From the NCBI GenBank assembly GCA_035531315.1, contig DATKTD010000340.1, forward strand, positions 4,731 through 68,730: DNA of 64,000 nucleotides, read 5' to 3'. Under the pieces are notes generated by a model that saw nothing but the letters and a program-made list of their open reading frames with translations, ran no database searches and was not told the origin of the DNA. This DNA is from Rectinemataceae bacterium. Lineage in GTDB: Bacteria > Spirochaetota > Spirochaetia > Treponematales > Rectinemataceae. Below, one piece after another: positions 53,257 to 61,687 of this stretch. A program made the position numbers and the translations under genes. The stretch's first letter is position 1; each line of letters begins with the position of its first letter.

Positions 53257-55476
53257 ATGAACGACATACGACTCCTCGCCTCCGACGCAATCGGGACGGG
53301 CTTCGTCCCCGCCGAGTTCCTCCGCCCCGGCGAGGACGAATACAGGATCCGCAACGAACAGCTCTTGCTGGCGGGCAAGGCGCCCTCGGGCTACCGGAGG
53401 CTTCGCCCCTACGAGATCGAGAGCCTGGTCAAGAACGAGAACAACTGTCCCGACTGGAATTTTCTCCTCGTGAGCGACCCCTTCAACCCCGAACTCGTGA
53501 GACAGTCCTCCTTCGACGGCCTCGTGCGAATCGGCAGGCTCGAGCGGGCCGTCCTCGAGCACCACGACACGAGGGTGCCCGTGGGCATCTACCGTTCGCG
53601 GATCATCGCCTGCGACATCGGCGACAACTGCGCCATCCTCGATTGCGCCTACGTCGCCCACCAGGTGATCGGCGACGGCTGCATCCTCCTCAACAACGAC
53701 GAGATCGAGTGCTCGAACCACGCAAAGTTCGGCAATGGCATCGTGAAAGAAGGCGAGGACGAGGAGGTCCGCGTCGAGCTCGACGTCATGAACGAGGCGG
53801 GGGGCCGCTCGATCCTGCCCTTCGAGGGCATGCTCGCCGCCGACGCCTATCTCTGGGCCCGTCACAGGGACGATGCCCCCCTCATGGCGGCCTTCCGGGC
53901 CATGACGGACGCGATGTTCGACAGGAGGCGAGGCCGTTACGGAAGCATCGGCGCCTATTCGGTGCTCAAGTCGAACGGCATCCTCAAGGACGTCGCCATC
54001 GGTTCCTGCGCCTACATCAAGGGCGCCAACAAGCTGAAGAACCTCACCATCCGCTCGAGCGACGAGTCCCGGACCCAGATCGGCGAGGGCGTCGAGCTCG
54101 TGAACGGCATCGTGGGCTACGGCTGCCGCGTGTTCTACGGCTGCAAGGCCGTGCGCTTCGTCATGGGCGATAATTCGGCCCTCAAGTACGGGGCCCGTCT
54201 CATCCATTCCGTGCTCGGCGAAAACTCCACCGTCTCCTGCTGCGAGATCCTCAACAACCTCATCTTCCCCGCCCACGAGCAGCACCACAACACGAGCTTC
54301 CTCATCGCGAGCCTCGTGCGCGGTCAGTCGAACATGGCGGCCGGAGCGACCATCGGCTCGAACCACAATTCGCGGTCGAACGACGGCGAGATCGAGGCGG
54401 GTCGGGGCTTTTGGCCGGGCCTTTCCACCTCGGTCAAGCATTCCTCGCGCTTCGCCTCGTACTGCCTCCTGGCAAAGGGCAACTATCGTTTCGAGATCGA
54501 CCTCCCCCTCCCCTTTTGCCTGGTCGACGACGACCAGGCCCGCGACCGCCTCGTCCTCGTGCCCGGGTGGTGGTGGGCGAGCAACCTCTACGCCCTGATG
54601 AGGAACGAGGCCAAGTTCAAGGCCCGCGACCACCGCGCGTCAAAGAGCCTCCTCATCGAGTTTTCTCCCTTCGCCCCCGATACGGCCGAGGAGTGCGTGA
54701 AGGCCCTCGGTCTCATCGAGGAATGGACGGGAGCGGCCGTGGCGAGACAGGAGGGCGAAGACGCCGCCAAACTCGGCCGCGAGGCACTCCGCGAGCGTGG
54801 GAAGGCCGCCCTTTTCGATCCTCGTTTTGCCCTGCCCGCCGAGGTGGACGCCTGGGGAATCGAAAACTCGAGACGCCCCGTGGTCGTGTCCAAGCCGGGA
54901 AAGGCCTGGAAGGCCTATCGCGAAATCCTTCTCTGGTACGCCGCCTCGACCCTCGTCGCGGAGGAGGGTGCCACCTTCGAAAGCCTGGCCGGACGTCTCG
55001 CCCTCGACCCAGGCAGGGAGCCTCGCGAGGGCGGCTGGGAAAATCTGGGAGGCCAGCTCGTGCCGAGGGAGAAGGTCCAAGGCCTCCTCGCCAAGGCCCG
55101 AGAGGGGGCCATCCCCACCTGGAACGAGATGCACGAGGCCTACGCGGACTTCGCCGCCGACTATCCCCTCGACAGGTCCCGGCACGCCTGGGCCATCCTC
55201 GCCTGGCTGGCGGGCAAGACGGCCGCCGACCTCGACATCGCGGATCTCCGTGATGCCCTCGCCTCCTTCGGCCAGCTCTGCGACAAGGTCGCCGACGAGG
55301 TCTGGAAGTCGCGCAAAAAGGACCACGACAACCGCTTCCGCAAGGCCACCTACAGGAGCCAGGCGGAGCAGGATGCCGTCGTGGGAACGGCGGAGCGCAA
55401 TGTCTTCGTGCTCAAGACGAGGAAGGAAATGGCGGCCATGAAAGAGAGGGTCGCGGCCTTCGCCGCGGCGCTCTAG
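53257..55476 (+). CDS. DUF4954-like protein (left-handed beta-helix / hexapeptide-repeat core)
   Basis: 739 aa. Hexapeptide-type segments IGDNCAILDCAYVAHQVIGDGCILLNNDEI, IGSCAYIKGANKLKNLTIRS and VGYGCRVFYGCKAVRFVMGDNSAL. It resembles the DUF4954 family from memory. Protein-like composition, in contrast to the antisense ORF. Confidence 0.6.
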   Translation: MNDIRLLASDAIGTGFVPAEFLRPGEDEYRIRNEQLLLAGKAPSGYRRLRPYEIESLVKNENNCPDWNFLLVSDPFNPELVRQSSFDGLVRIGRLERAVLEHHDTRVPVGIYRSRIIACDIGDNCAILDCAYVAHQVIGDGCILLNNDEIECSNHAKFGNGIVKEGEDEEVRVELDVMNEAGGRSILPFEGMLAADAYLWARHRDDAPLMAAFRAMTDAMFDRRRGRYGSIGAYSVLKSNGILKDVAIGSCAYIKGANKLKNLTIRSSDESRTQIGEGVELVNGIVGYGCRVFYGCKAVRFVMGDNSALKYGARLIHSVLGENSTVSCCEILNNLIFPAHEQHHNTSFLIASLVRGQSNMAAGATIGSNHNSRSNDGEIEAGRGFWPGLSTSVKHSSRFASYCLLAKGNYRFEIDLPLPFCLVDDDQARDRLVLVPGWWWASNLYALMRNEAKFKARDHRASKSLLIEFSPFAPDTAEECVKALGLIEEWTGAAVARQEGEDAAKLGREALRERGKAALFDPRFALPAEVDAWGIENSRRPVVVSKPGKAWKAYREILLWYAASTLVAEEGATFESLAGRLALDPGREPREGGWENLGGQLVPREKVQGLLAKAREGAIPTWNEMHEAYADFAADYPLDRSRHAWAILAWLAGKTAADLDIADLRDALASFGQLCDKVADEVWKSRKKDHDNRFRKATYRSQAEQDAVVGTAERNVFVLKTRKEMAAMKERVAAFAAAL

Positions 55477-55532
55477 GCCCCCACAGCACGGCGCGGCGGC
55501 CCAAGGATCCTCCTGCGGGGGCGGCCCCACGC

Positions 55533-55569
55533 AAAAAAAAGTCGCCCGCCGGGGAGGCGGGCGGGCGAC
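55533..55569 (-). terminator. intrinsic terminator of the DUF4382-like lipoprotein gene
   Basis: Minus strand: GTCGCCCGCC-(9-nt loop)-GGCGGGCGAC followed by T8 (A8 at 55533-55540 on the plus strand). Confidence 0.75.
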
Positions 55570-55654
55570 TGGGGAGAAGCGCGTCGCGGGCAAGCGATCC
55601 GAGGGCCGTTCATCGGATGCGGCCCGCCCGCCGGCAAAATGGGACTTTGCCGTC

Positions 55655-56524
55655 TCAGGGAAGGGCTATGTTGAGGGTCGTCTCCTTCGCGCTCAGGACG
55701 CTCACTCCCACATAGCTCGTGGCGTCGGCCACCGTCGCGGCCGTCGTGTCGAAGACGACGAGGTCATAGGTCCCCGCCTCGAGGAAGGCGAGGGTATAGG
55801 TATAGCCCCCAATGCCATCGGACTTGGGCAGGGCGGCAGTTATCGCGTTCGCGAAGTAGGTGCCCTCCGCGTTCGGCAGGGCCTCCGCCGAGGTATAGGT
55901 TCCCGTCTTGTACGCGTAGACCATGTAACTGTCGGAGGCGGGGTTGGTGACGCCGGCCGTGGCGAAGCTTCCGAGGATCTTCCCCGCCTCGTTGTCGACG
56001 ACGGCGCGGAGCACCGGCGTCATCTTATAGCCGGTGGCGCTCGTAACGAGGGACTTCCTCGCGTCGAAGTCGACCGTCAGACTGAGCGTTCCGGTAAGGG
56101 GAATGGCGAAGGCCTTCACGATCTTGAGACTGCTCGAATTGAGCGTGCAGGGAAGCTGGGTCGTCGGATTGGCCGCCTCGACGACGGTCAGCACGGGGCT
56201 GGTGAACCTGATTTGATTGACCTGGGTGCCCGCTGTAAGCGGCACCGTTCCCAGTAGATCGGAGAGGCCCCCGGACAGGGCGAGGAGGTCGTAGACCTTC
56301 GTCGTGTCGATGGGTACCGAAATCCAGGACGATTCGGGCGCGGAAGCGCTGGCCGACTCGTTGACCGAGAGTCCGCCGAACTGGGCGTAAACATGAGCGA
56401 TCGTCGACGTATCCACGGGGGCGTCGGTAAGACTGAACGTGACGCTGGTCGTGCCGGGACTCGAGCAGCCCGCTATTAGCAGGACGGCCAGGACAAGCAT
56501 CCCCAATAGCTTCATGATCTTCAT
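55655..56524 (-). CDS. DUF4382-like lipoprotein
   Basis: AGGAGG 8 nt upstream. MKIMKLLGMLVLAVLLIAGCSSPG lipobox. SVTFSLTDAPVD...VYAQFGGLSVNE...YDLLALSGGLSDLLG. Confidence 0.7.
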   Translation of the reverse strand: MKIMKLLGMLVLAVLLIAGCSSPGTTSVTFSLTDAPVDTSTIAHVYAQFGGLSVNESASASAPESSWISVPIDTTKVYDLLALSGGLSDLLGTVPLTAGTQVNQIRFTSPVLTVVEAANPTTQLPCTLNSSSLKIVKAFAIPLTGTLSLTVDFDARKSLVTSATGYKMTPVLRAVVDNEAGKILGSFATAGVTNPASDSYMVYAYKTGTYTSAEALPNAEGTYFANAITAALPKSDGIGGYTYTLAFLEAGTYDLVVFDTTAATVADATSYVGVSVLSAKETTLNIALP

Positions 56525-56692
56525 GGAATTCCTCCTGTCTTGTCGCCGGCGCGGCGGTCGGGCCCAACCGATCCTCGTCGGGATTTCGCATAGGGCTACC
56601 TCGAGCCCTCGGGAAAGGTTGCGCGGGCTTCTTTCTTTTCGCAGCCCCCCCCTTCCTGCGCCCCGGCCCTGTTCGCGCTATAATCCCCTGCC

Positions 56693-57289
56693 GTGGACGA
56701 GGGTGACGCTCTTAGGGACATCGAGGACATCCACCGGGTTCTCGCCGGGGATAAAGGGGCCTTCAGGCCCCTCGTCGAGCGCTATGCCGACAGGGTCCTC
56801 GCCTTCTGCCGCTCGCGGAGGCTGGAAGAGGAGGAGGCCGCCGATATCTCGCAGGAGGTCTTCCTCCGAGCCTTTCGCTCGTTGCGAAGTTTCAGGATTG
56901 GGGAGAGCTTTCCCGCTTGGCTCATCGCCATCGCGGCCAACAGGGTAAGGACACGCGGCACGAAGCGGGGCAACGACGAGAGGAAGATCGCCGCCATCGG
57001 CGCCGAGACAGGGAGCGGAGCGGCGCCGGATTCTTCCATCGAGGTCGAGAAGAAACTCGAGGCCGAGGCGATCAGGGCCAGCGTCGCGAAACTGCCCGGC
57101 GACCAGCGAAATGTCGTGGAGCTCTACTATTTCGCCGAACTCCCCGTGGCCGATGTGGCGAGGATCCTCGGCCTCGGAGAGGAAGCGGTCAAATCGCGGC
57201 TATTCCGGGCCAGGAAAAAGCTCCGCAGCCTCCTCGGCGGCGACGAAGGTGAGCAACCGTCGGAAGCGGGAGGGGGTAACACTCGATGA
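56693..57289 (+). CDS. ECF-type RNA polymerase sigma factor (module B)
   Basis: GTG start 8 nt after a perfect TATAAT (56679-56684). ISQEVFLRAFRSLRSFRIGESFPAWLIAIAANRV. VVELYYFAELPVADVARILGLGEEAVKSRLFRARKKL. Confidence 0.9.
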   Translation: MDEGDALRDIEDIHRVLAGDKGAFRPLVERYADRVLAFCRSRRLEEEEAADISQEVFLRAFRSLRSFRIGESFPAWLIAIAANRVRTRGTKRGNDERKIAAIGAETGSGAAPDSSIEVEKKLEAEAIRASVAKLPGDQRNVVELYYFAELPVADVARILGLGEEAVKSRLFRARKKLRSLLGGDEGEQPSEAGGGNTR

Positions 57290-57924
57290 TGAGGAACTGC
57301 GCCGACCTTGAGGCCCTCGCCCGCTCATGGGATGAGGGTGGAACGGTGGAAGCCACGGAGCTCGCCTCGTTCCGGGAACATATCGGAACTTGCGCCGCTT
57401 GCAGAAAACGCCATGGCCTCGTCCTTTCCCTTATGGAGCGCGATGCCGCGGCCTCGACTTCCCGCGAGCCATCGGGGGCCGCCATGGCCCTCGCCGACAC
57501 TGTCATGGGCGCCCTCTTCCTCGAAGGCTCGCCCGAAGCCCTGCCCATCCTTCGACCGCCCCGGTCGCGTTGGCGCCTCCCCACCCTGGCCGCCGCCGCG
57601 GCGGCCCTCCTCGCCCTGGCCTTCACCATGGTCGCCCCGAGGCTCTTCCAGCCCTCCGACAGGGTCCTCGTCCGTTTCGTGATCGTCGAACCGAAGGCCA
57701 GCACCGTCAGCCTCGCCGGCGATTTCACGGGCTGGAAGACCGAGGGCTATTCCCTCCGTCCGGACGCCCAGAGGCGGGTTTGGGAAATCGACATCCCCCT
57801 CGAGCGGGGTAAGATATACCTGTACAATTTCGTCGTGGATGGCACGAAATGGGTGGGCGACCCGGCCGCTGTCGAAAGGGTCGATGATGGATTCGGAGGG
57901 TCGAGCGCCCTCTTGAGGCTCTAG
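57286..57924 (+). CDS. anti-sigma factor with periplasmic CBM48-like domain (paralogue of 39144..39764)
   Basis: ATGA overlap with the sigma gene. MMRNCADLEAL...HIGTCAACRKRH. TM: LPTLAAAAAALLALAFTMV. VSLAGDFTGWKTEGYSL...WEIDIPLERGKIYLYNFVVDGTKWVGDP...DDGFGGSSALLRL. Confidence 0.82.
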   Translation: MMRNCADLEALARSWDEGGTVEATELASFREHIGTCAACRKRHGLVLSLMERDAAASTSREPSGAAMALADTVMGALFLEGSPEALPILRPPRSRWRLPTLAAAAAALLALAFTMVAPRLFQPSDRVLVRFVIVEPKASTVSLAGDFTGWKTEGYSLRPDAQRRVWEIDIPLERGKIYLYNFVVDGTKWVGDPAAVERVDDGFGGSSALLRL

Positions 57925-57933
57925 GAGGCTGTC

Positions 57934-58563
57934 GTGAAACTGTCAGCGCTGACGGCATCGGGAAACCTGGGTCTCGCCGTCGCCCTCTTCGCCATGATGG
58001 GACTCGGCGCGGGCCTATCGGCGGAAAATTCCTTTTCCGCCCCATCCCCCGACGCCGGGCTCGCCGCGACAGGTCCTGCCGATAGTCGGACCGCGCCTTC
58101 TTACGCCGACATCGTGAGGGAGTCGGAAGAGGCAGGAAGGCCGGCCCCCTCCCCCCTCGCCTACCGCCTCGTCCTTCGATACGCCAGCCCGGCCGTCCTC
58201 GAGTCGCCGGGGCTTTTCGAGAAGCTCCTGGGCGAGGCCGACCGAGCCCTTCGCTTCGGGGCCTCGGCACAGGAGACGGGCCTGAGGCTCCGGAGGGAAG
58301 CCCAGCTTGCGACGCGAAGCCGGCAAGGGCCCCTCACCGAGGGGATGATGCGGCTCCTTCGCGAAGAGGAGAGAAGGAGTTTCTTGTATGGTTCTCCCTT
58401 CGGCGGTCCCGAAAGGGGGGCGGGCAGGCTGATCGGCAACTTCGACAACTTCATCGGGACACTCGGGGCGGGTAGCGTCATAGGCACGGGCGGCTGGGCG
58501 AGCGGCGGCGGATCCACGGGGCTGCCGATCGGCAGCGGCTCGGGTGGCGGAAAGGGACAATGA
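57934..58563 (+). CDS. hypothetical secreted protein (ECF module B)
   Basis: GTG start with AGGAGG 5 nt upstream. Signal-like segment GNLGLAVALFAMMGLGAGLSA. Gly-rich C-terminus. Confidence 0.55.
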   Translation: MKLSALTASGNLGLAVALFAMMGLGAGLSAENSFSAPSPDAGLAATGPADSRTAPSYADIVRESEEAGRPAPSPLAYRLVLRYASPAVLESPGLFEKLLGEADRALRFGASAQETGLRLRREAQLATRSRQGPLTEGMMRLLREEERRSFLYGSPFGGPERGAGRLIGNFDNFIGTLGAGSVIGTGGWASGGGSTGLPIGSGSGGGKGQ

Positions 58564-59324
58564 GTTCTCTTCGCCGCGCCGGCTCCATCCCGGCCCTCCT
58601 GATCCTCTGTTCGGCATCGCTCCAAGCCCTGCCCAATCTTCCTTCCAGCATCGCCGAATGGCTGGGCTCCCCGGCGGCCGCGGCCTACGCGCCGATAGCC
58701 GCCGAACTCGAGGCGATGGCCTCGACGGCACGATCATCGGGCATTCCCGAAATCGTCCTCGTGGAAAGACTCCAGGAAGGGGCGCTCAAGAATATCCGCC
58801 CCGCCCTGTTGGGTCCGGCCCTGCGCCTCGACCTGGGGCGCTTCACGGCCATGCGCGAGCTCCTCGCCCACTTCGATTGTCTGCCAGGGGATACGACATC
58901 CCTCGCCTCCCTCCTCAGACAGGGAGCCATCCTGATGAGGGCTGGCTATACAGATACCGAGCTGGAGACCATCCTGGCCGCAACGGGGAGCCAAGCGGCA
59001 GGGGGGGGCCAAGCCGCCACAGGCGGCTACGCATCCGACCCCGAGGCCAGGGGGCCGCGGGCCCTCCGCGCGGCCGCGGTGGCCCTCGACGCCAGCGGCC
59101 GTTTCGGCCTTTCTGTCCAGTCACGGCTCGCCTTGGGAAGGGCCCTTGCCGCCTCCGAGCTGTCTGCGAAACGTTTTGCCGAGCTACTATCGCTCCTGGC
59201 GAAGGCCCGGGGACTCGGCCTTTCAAGCGATGGGGCCATCGCGATCATAATACAGGGTCTCGAGCGAGGCGCCTCCCTCGATGCGCTCGAGCGCGACATA
59301 TCGAGGAGGACGATTAAACCATGA
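58560..59324 (+). CDS. secreted helical protein, paralogue of 38357..39133 (ECF module B)
   Basis: ATGA overlap with the upstream gene. Signal peptide SIPALLILCSASLQA. Shares blocks with the module A protein. Contains a G8 tract at 59001-59008. Confidence 0.65.
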   Translation: MSSLRRAGSIPALLILCSASLQALPNLPSSIAEWLGSPAAAAYAPIAAELEAMASTARSSGIPEIVLVERLQEGALKNIRPALLGPALRLDLGRFTAMRELLAHFDCLPGDTTSLASLLRQGAILMRAGYTDTELETILAATGSQAAGGGQAATGGYASDPEARGPRALRAAAVALDASGRFGLSVQSRLALGRALAASELSAKRFAELLSLLAKARGLGLSSDGAIAIIIQGLERGASLDALERDISRRTIKP

Positions 59325-60214
59325 TTTCCGCCACCATAGCCGCGACAGGTCGCGTCGCGGCCCTCGTCCTTCTCTGCAGCGCCTTCGGCGTCACGGCGGA
59401 GACGAGGGGGACCTTCTCCACCGAAGCCGGGGCCGCCTTCCTCGATGGATCGCCCGTCGCCGCGGCGGAGGCGGCGGCCAGCCTCGAACTGGCCGAGGGA
59501 AGGACGGCCTCGCGCTTCCTCTGCAACCTGCAAGGCAGGGCGGGTGCCCTCCTTTCGGGTTCGGCGGCGGCCCGGGCCGATTTCTCCTGGAATCCCGGCG
59601 AGCTCTCCACGGTCTGCAGCCTCGAAGGCGGCCTCTCCGGCACGGAGGGAGGCCTTCCCTCCTGGCGTTCGGCCCTGGGTCTCCTCGTTGCCATCGACGG
59701 AACGGAACTTTCCACCAAGGGAAGCCTCGGTCTCGAGCGACAATCGGTGGATGGACTTCTATCGACCATCGCCGACGCGGGTCTCGAGTTCTCCTATCTG
59801 GCCGGGGATTTTCTCCTCAAGCCGAAGGTGGACGGCTCGTTTGCCCTGGCCGACGCGGGGGGCACTACCCTCAGCATCCTGCCCGGCCTCGGTCTCTCGT
59901 GGTATCCGGGTCTCCCCGTCTCGGCATCCCTCGCGGGGGGCTGGAGCCGCAGCTACGCGGGCTCGACGCCGAGCGACAGCCTCGTAGCCGAGGCCGGTCT
60001 CTACGCCGCCCTCGGCCCGGCCTACGGCCGGATCGAGGGAAGCGCGACCATCGGAGCCGGCGGTTTGTCGGCGGGGGCGGCCGAGGCGGGCATCACTTTC
60101 GACATCGGCCGCATCGGCAAAAGCCGCCTGAGCCTGCCGACCCGTGCCTCATGGCTCCTTGGAGGGAGTCCCGTCTTCTCGCTCTTCGCCGGCCTCGGTC
60201 TGTCGATGGACTAG
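59321..60214 (+). CDS. hypothetical, possibly an outer-membrane beta-barrel protein (ECF module B)
   Basis: ATGA overlap. Signal peptide VAALVLLCSAFGVTA. Alternating G/S/A-rich beta-like segments. The 3' end overlaps the convergent kinase gene by 66 nt. Confidence 0.45.
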   Translation: MISATIAATGRVAALVLLCSAFGVTAETRGTFSTEAGAAFLDGSPVAAAEAAASLELAEGRTASRFLCNLQGRAGALLSGSAAARADFSWNPGELSTVCSLEGGLSGTEGGLPSWRSALGLLVAIDGTELSTKGSLGLERQSVDGLLSTIADAGLEFSYLAGDFLLKPKVDGSFALADAGGTTLSILPGLGLSWYPGLPVSASLAGGWSRSYAGSTPSDSLVAEAGLYAALGPAYGRIEGSATIGAGGLSAGAAEAGITFDIGRIGKSRLSLPTRASWLLGGSPVFSLFAGLGLSMD

Positions 60215-61519
60215 GCGGCGCCTCGTGACTTCGCCGGAGCCCGGGCCCGGCCTTCCCTTCTCGTTCGCGGGAAAGCGGATCTTCCAGGCGCTCCCCCCTC
60301 CGCCATGGAACTCCATCCTCCCTCCGACCTTGGTAACCATGGAGGCGATGACCGTGGCGCCGAAGCCCGGGTGGAGGGGGGGCCAAAGCGTCCCCACCCC
60401 GTCGTCGGAAATCTCGAGGCCGAGTTCTTCGCCGCTCGAGTAGAGGCGCAGGCGTATCGTCCCCTGCCTCCCGCCCGGAAAGGCGTGTTTGAGGGAGTTG
60501 GTGACGAGCTCGTTCATCACGAGACCGAGGGGAACGGCGCGGGGAAAGTCTATTTCGATCGGATCGAAGTCCACCTCGATGCGGATCCGCCCTCCGGGCT
60601 CCAGGGCCCGTGCCAGGTTTCCGAGATAGCCGTCGAGCCGTATCCTTCGGAGATCGGTCCCGACCGAGAGCAGTTCGTGGGCCGAAGCCAGACAGCGGAT
60701 CCTCTCGCGAAGCCTGTCCAGGCGTTCGGCCTCTCCCTCCCTCGGAAGCGAGTCCTGTTCGAGCGATATCAGGCCGTCGACTATGGCGAGATCGTTCTTG
60801 GTCCGATGCGCCATCTCGCGGAGGAGAATTTCGCGGTCTCGCACGGCTTCCTCGAGGCCCGCGTCGAGCCTCGCCGCGTGGATGAAAAGGATCGACAAGG
60901 CGAGCCCCACGAAGGCCGCGGCCGTCAGGATCTGGAGGGCCGAATCCCAGAGCGGGGCGGAGAGGAGGTCTTCCCCGATGCCGAAAAGGACGGAGAAGAG
61001 GACCCTCGTGGCCGCCAAGGCGGACAGGAAGATGAGGAAGAAGGCTCCAAGGAGGACGCTGCGCCCCTGCTTACCCCCCTGGCCCTCGGGCAGGCCAAGG
61101 AGGACGAGGGCCGCCACGAGGTTGGTGACGAAGCCCATCGAACCGAAGAAGACGACCCTGGCGAGGGTCGAGGGGGCGACGAGGCTCCAATAGCTCTGGA
61201 CGAGGAGGGTGAGGAGGAGGACGGCGACCGCGACGAGGGGCCGGAGACCCCGGCCCTTGAAAGCGAGGGCCCCGGCCACGAGGAGAAGATAGGCGGCCAC
61301 GAGGAGGAGGTTGCTCCCCAGAATAGAGACGAGTTCCGGCAGGGGCCCGCGGAGGGCGACGGCCAGATTGCCCGCGAGGAATACCGGGAAGGAGAGAGAC
61401 CAGAGGCCGAGATAACGATGGGCGCGCATCTCGGCGGAGGTCGCGAGGAAGGGGAAGAGCGAGAGGGCGACGAGGATGAGGCTGTTCTCGATGAAGATCG
61501 TCCTGAAATCGATGCCCAC
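60149..61519 (-). CDS. membrane sensor histidine kinase, HisKA_2 type (polytopic N-terminal domain)
   Basis: GTG start at 61519. About 7 TM helices. H-box LREMAHRTKNDLAIVDGLISLE. LVMNELVTNSLKHAF. ISDDGVG. Confidence 0.85.
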   Translation of the reverse strand: MGIDFRTIFIENSLILVALSLFPFLATSAEMRAHRYLGLWSLSFPVFLAGNLAVALRGPLPELVSILGSNLLLVAAYLLLVAGALAFKGRGLRPLVAVAVLLLTLLVQSYWSLVAPSTLARVVFFGSMGFVTNLVAALVLLGLPEGQGGKQGRSVLLGAFFLIFLSALAATRVLFSVLFGIGEDLLSAPLWDSALQILTAAAFVGLALSILFIHAARLDAGLEEAVRDREILLREMAHRTKNDLAIVDGLISLEQDSLPREGEAERLDRLRERIRCLASAHELLSVGTDLRRIRLDGYLGNLARALEPGGRIRIEVDFDPIEIDFPRAVPLGLVMNELVTNSLKHAFPGGRQGTIRLRLYSSGEELGLEISDDGVGTLWPPLHPGFGATVIASMVTKVGGRMEFHGGGGSAWKIRFPANEKGRPGPGSGEVTRRRLVHRQTEAGEEREDGTPSKEP

Positions 61520-61636
61520 GCCGATAGACCTCCCCCCGACAGGCGGGTGGCGGAATCTTAGCCCCGACTCGTCCGTCGCGCCAGGGCCGGGAGCCCGACA
61601 GCTGAGGACTTCTCTTCGGTTTTAGGAAGGAGGGGT

Positions 61637-61683
61637 CTGGGGAGGAAACCCTTTTGACCGGGACAAAAGGGTTTCTTCCCCAG
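61637..61683. other. 20-bp hairpin just downstream of serC (terminator-like, no U-tract)
   Basis: CTGGGGAGGAAACCCTTTTG-ACCGGGA-CAAAAGGGTTTCTTCCCCAG (one G-U pair). It ends 4 nt from the serC stop. Confidence 0.5.
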
Positions 61684-61687
61684 TATG

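Noticed and set aside
53143-54633. N-terminal 497 codons of the 689-aa minus-strand ORF 52564..54633
   Set aside because: It is antisense to the DUF4954-like gene and V/E/G/D/A/H-rich. Only the last 192 codons, from MPLPDF, look like a real protein.
56645-56652. C8 tract between the DUF4382 lipoprotein gene and ECF sigma B as a promoter phase-variation switch
   Set aside because: It does not lie in a convincing -35/-10 spacer for either divergent gene, and similar C-runs (for example 11293-11300 and 11313-11319) are common in this GC-rich DNA. The idea is too speculative to list as a finding.
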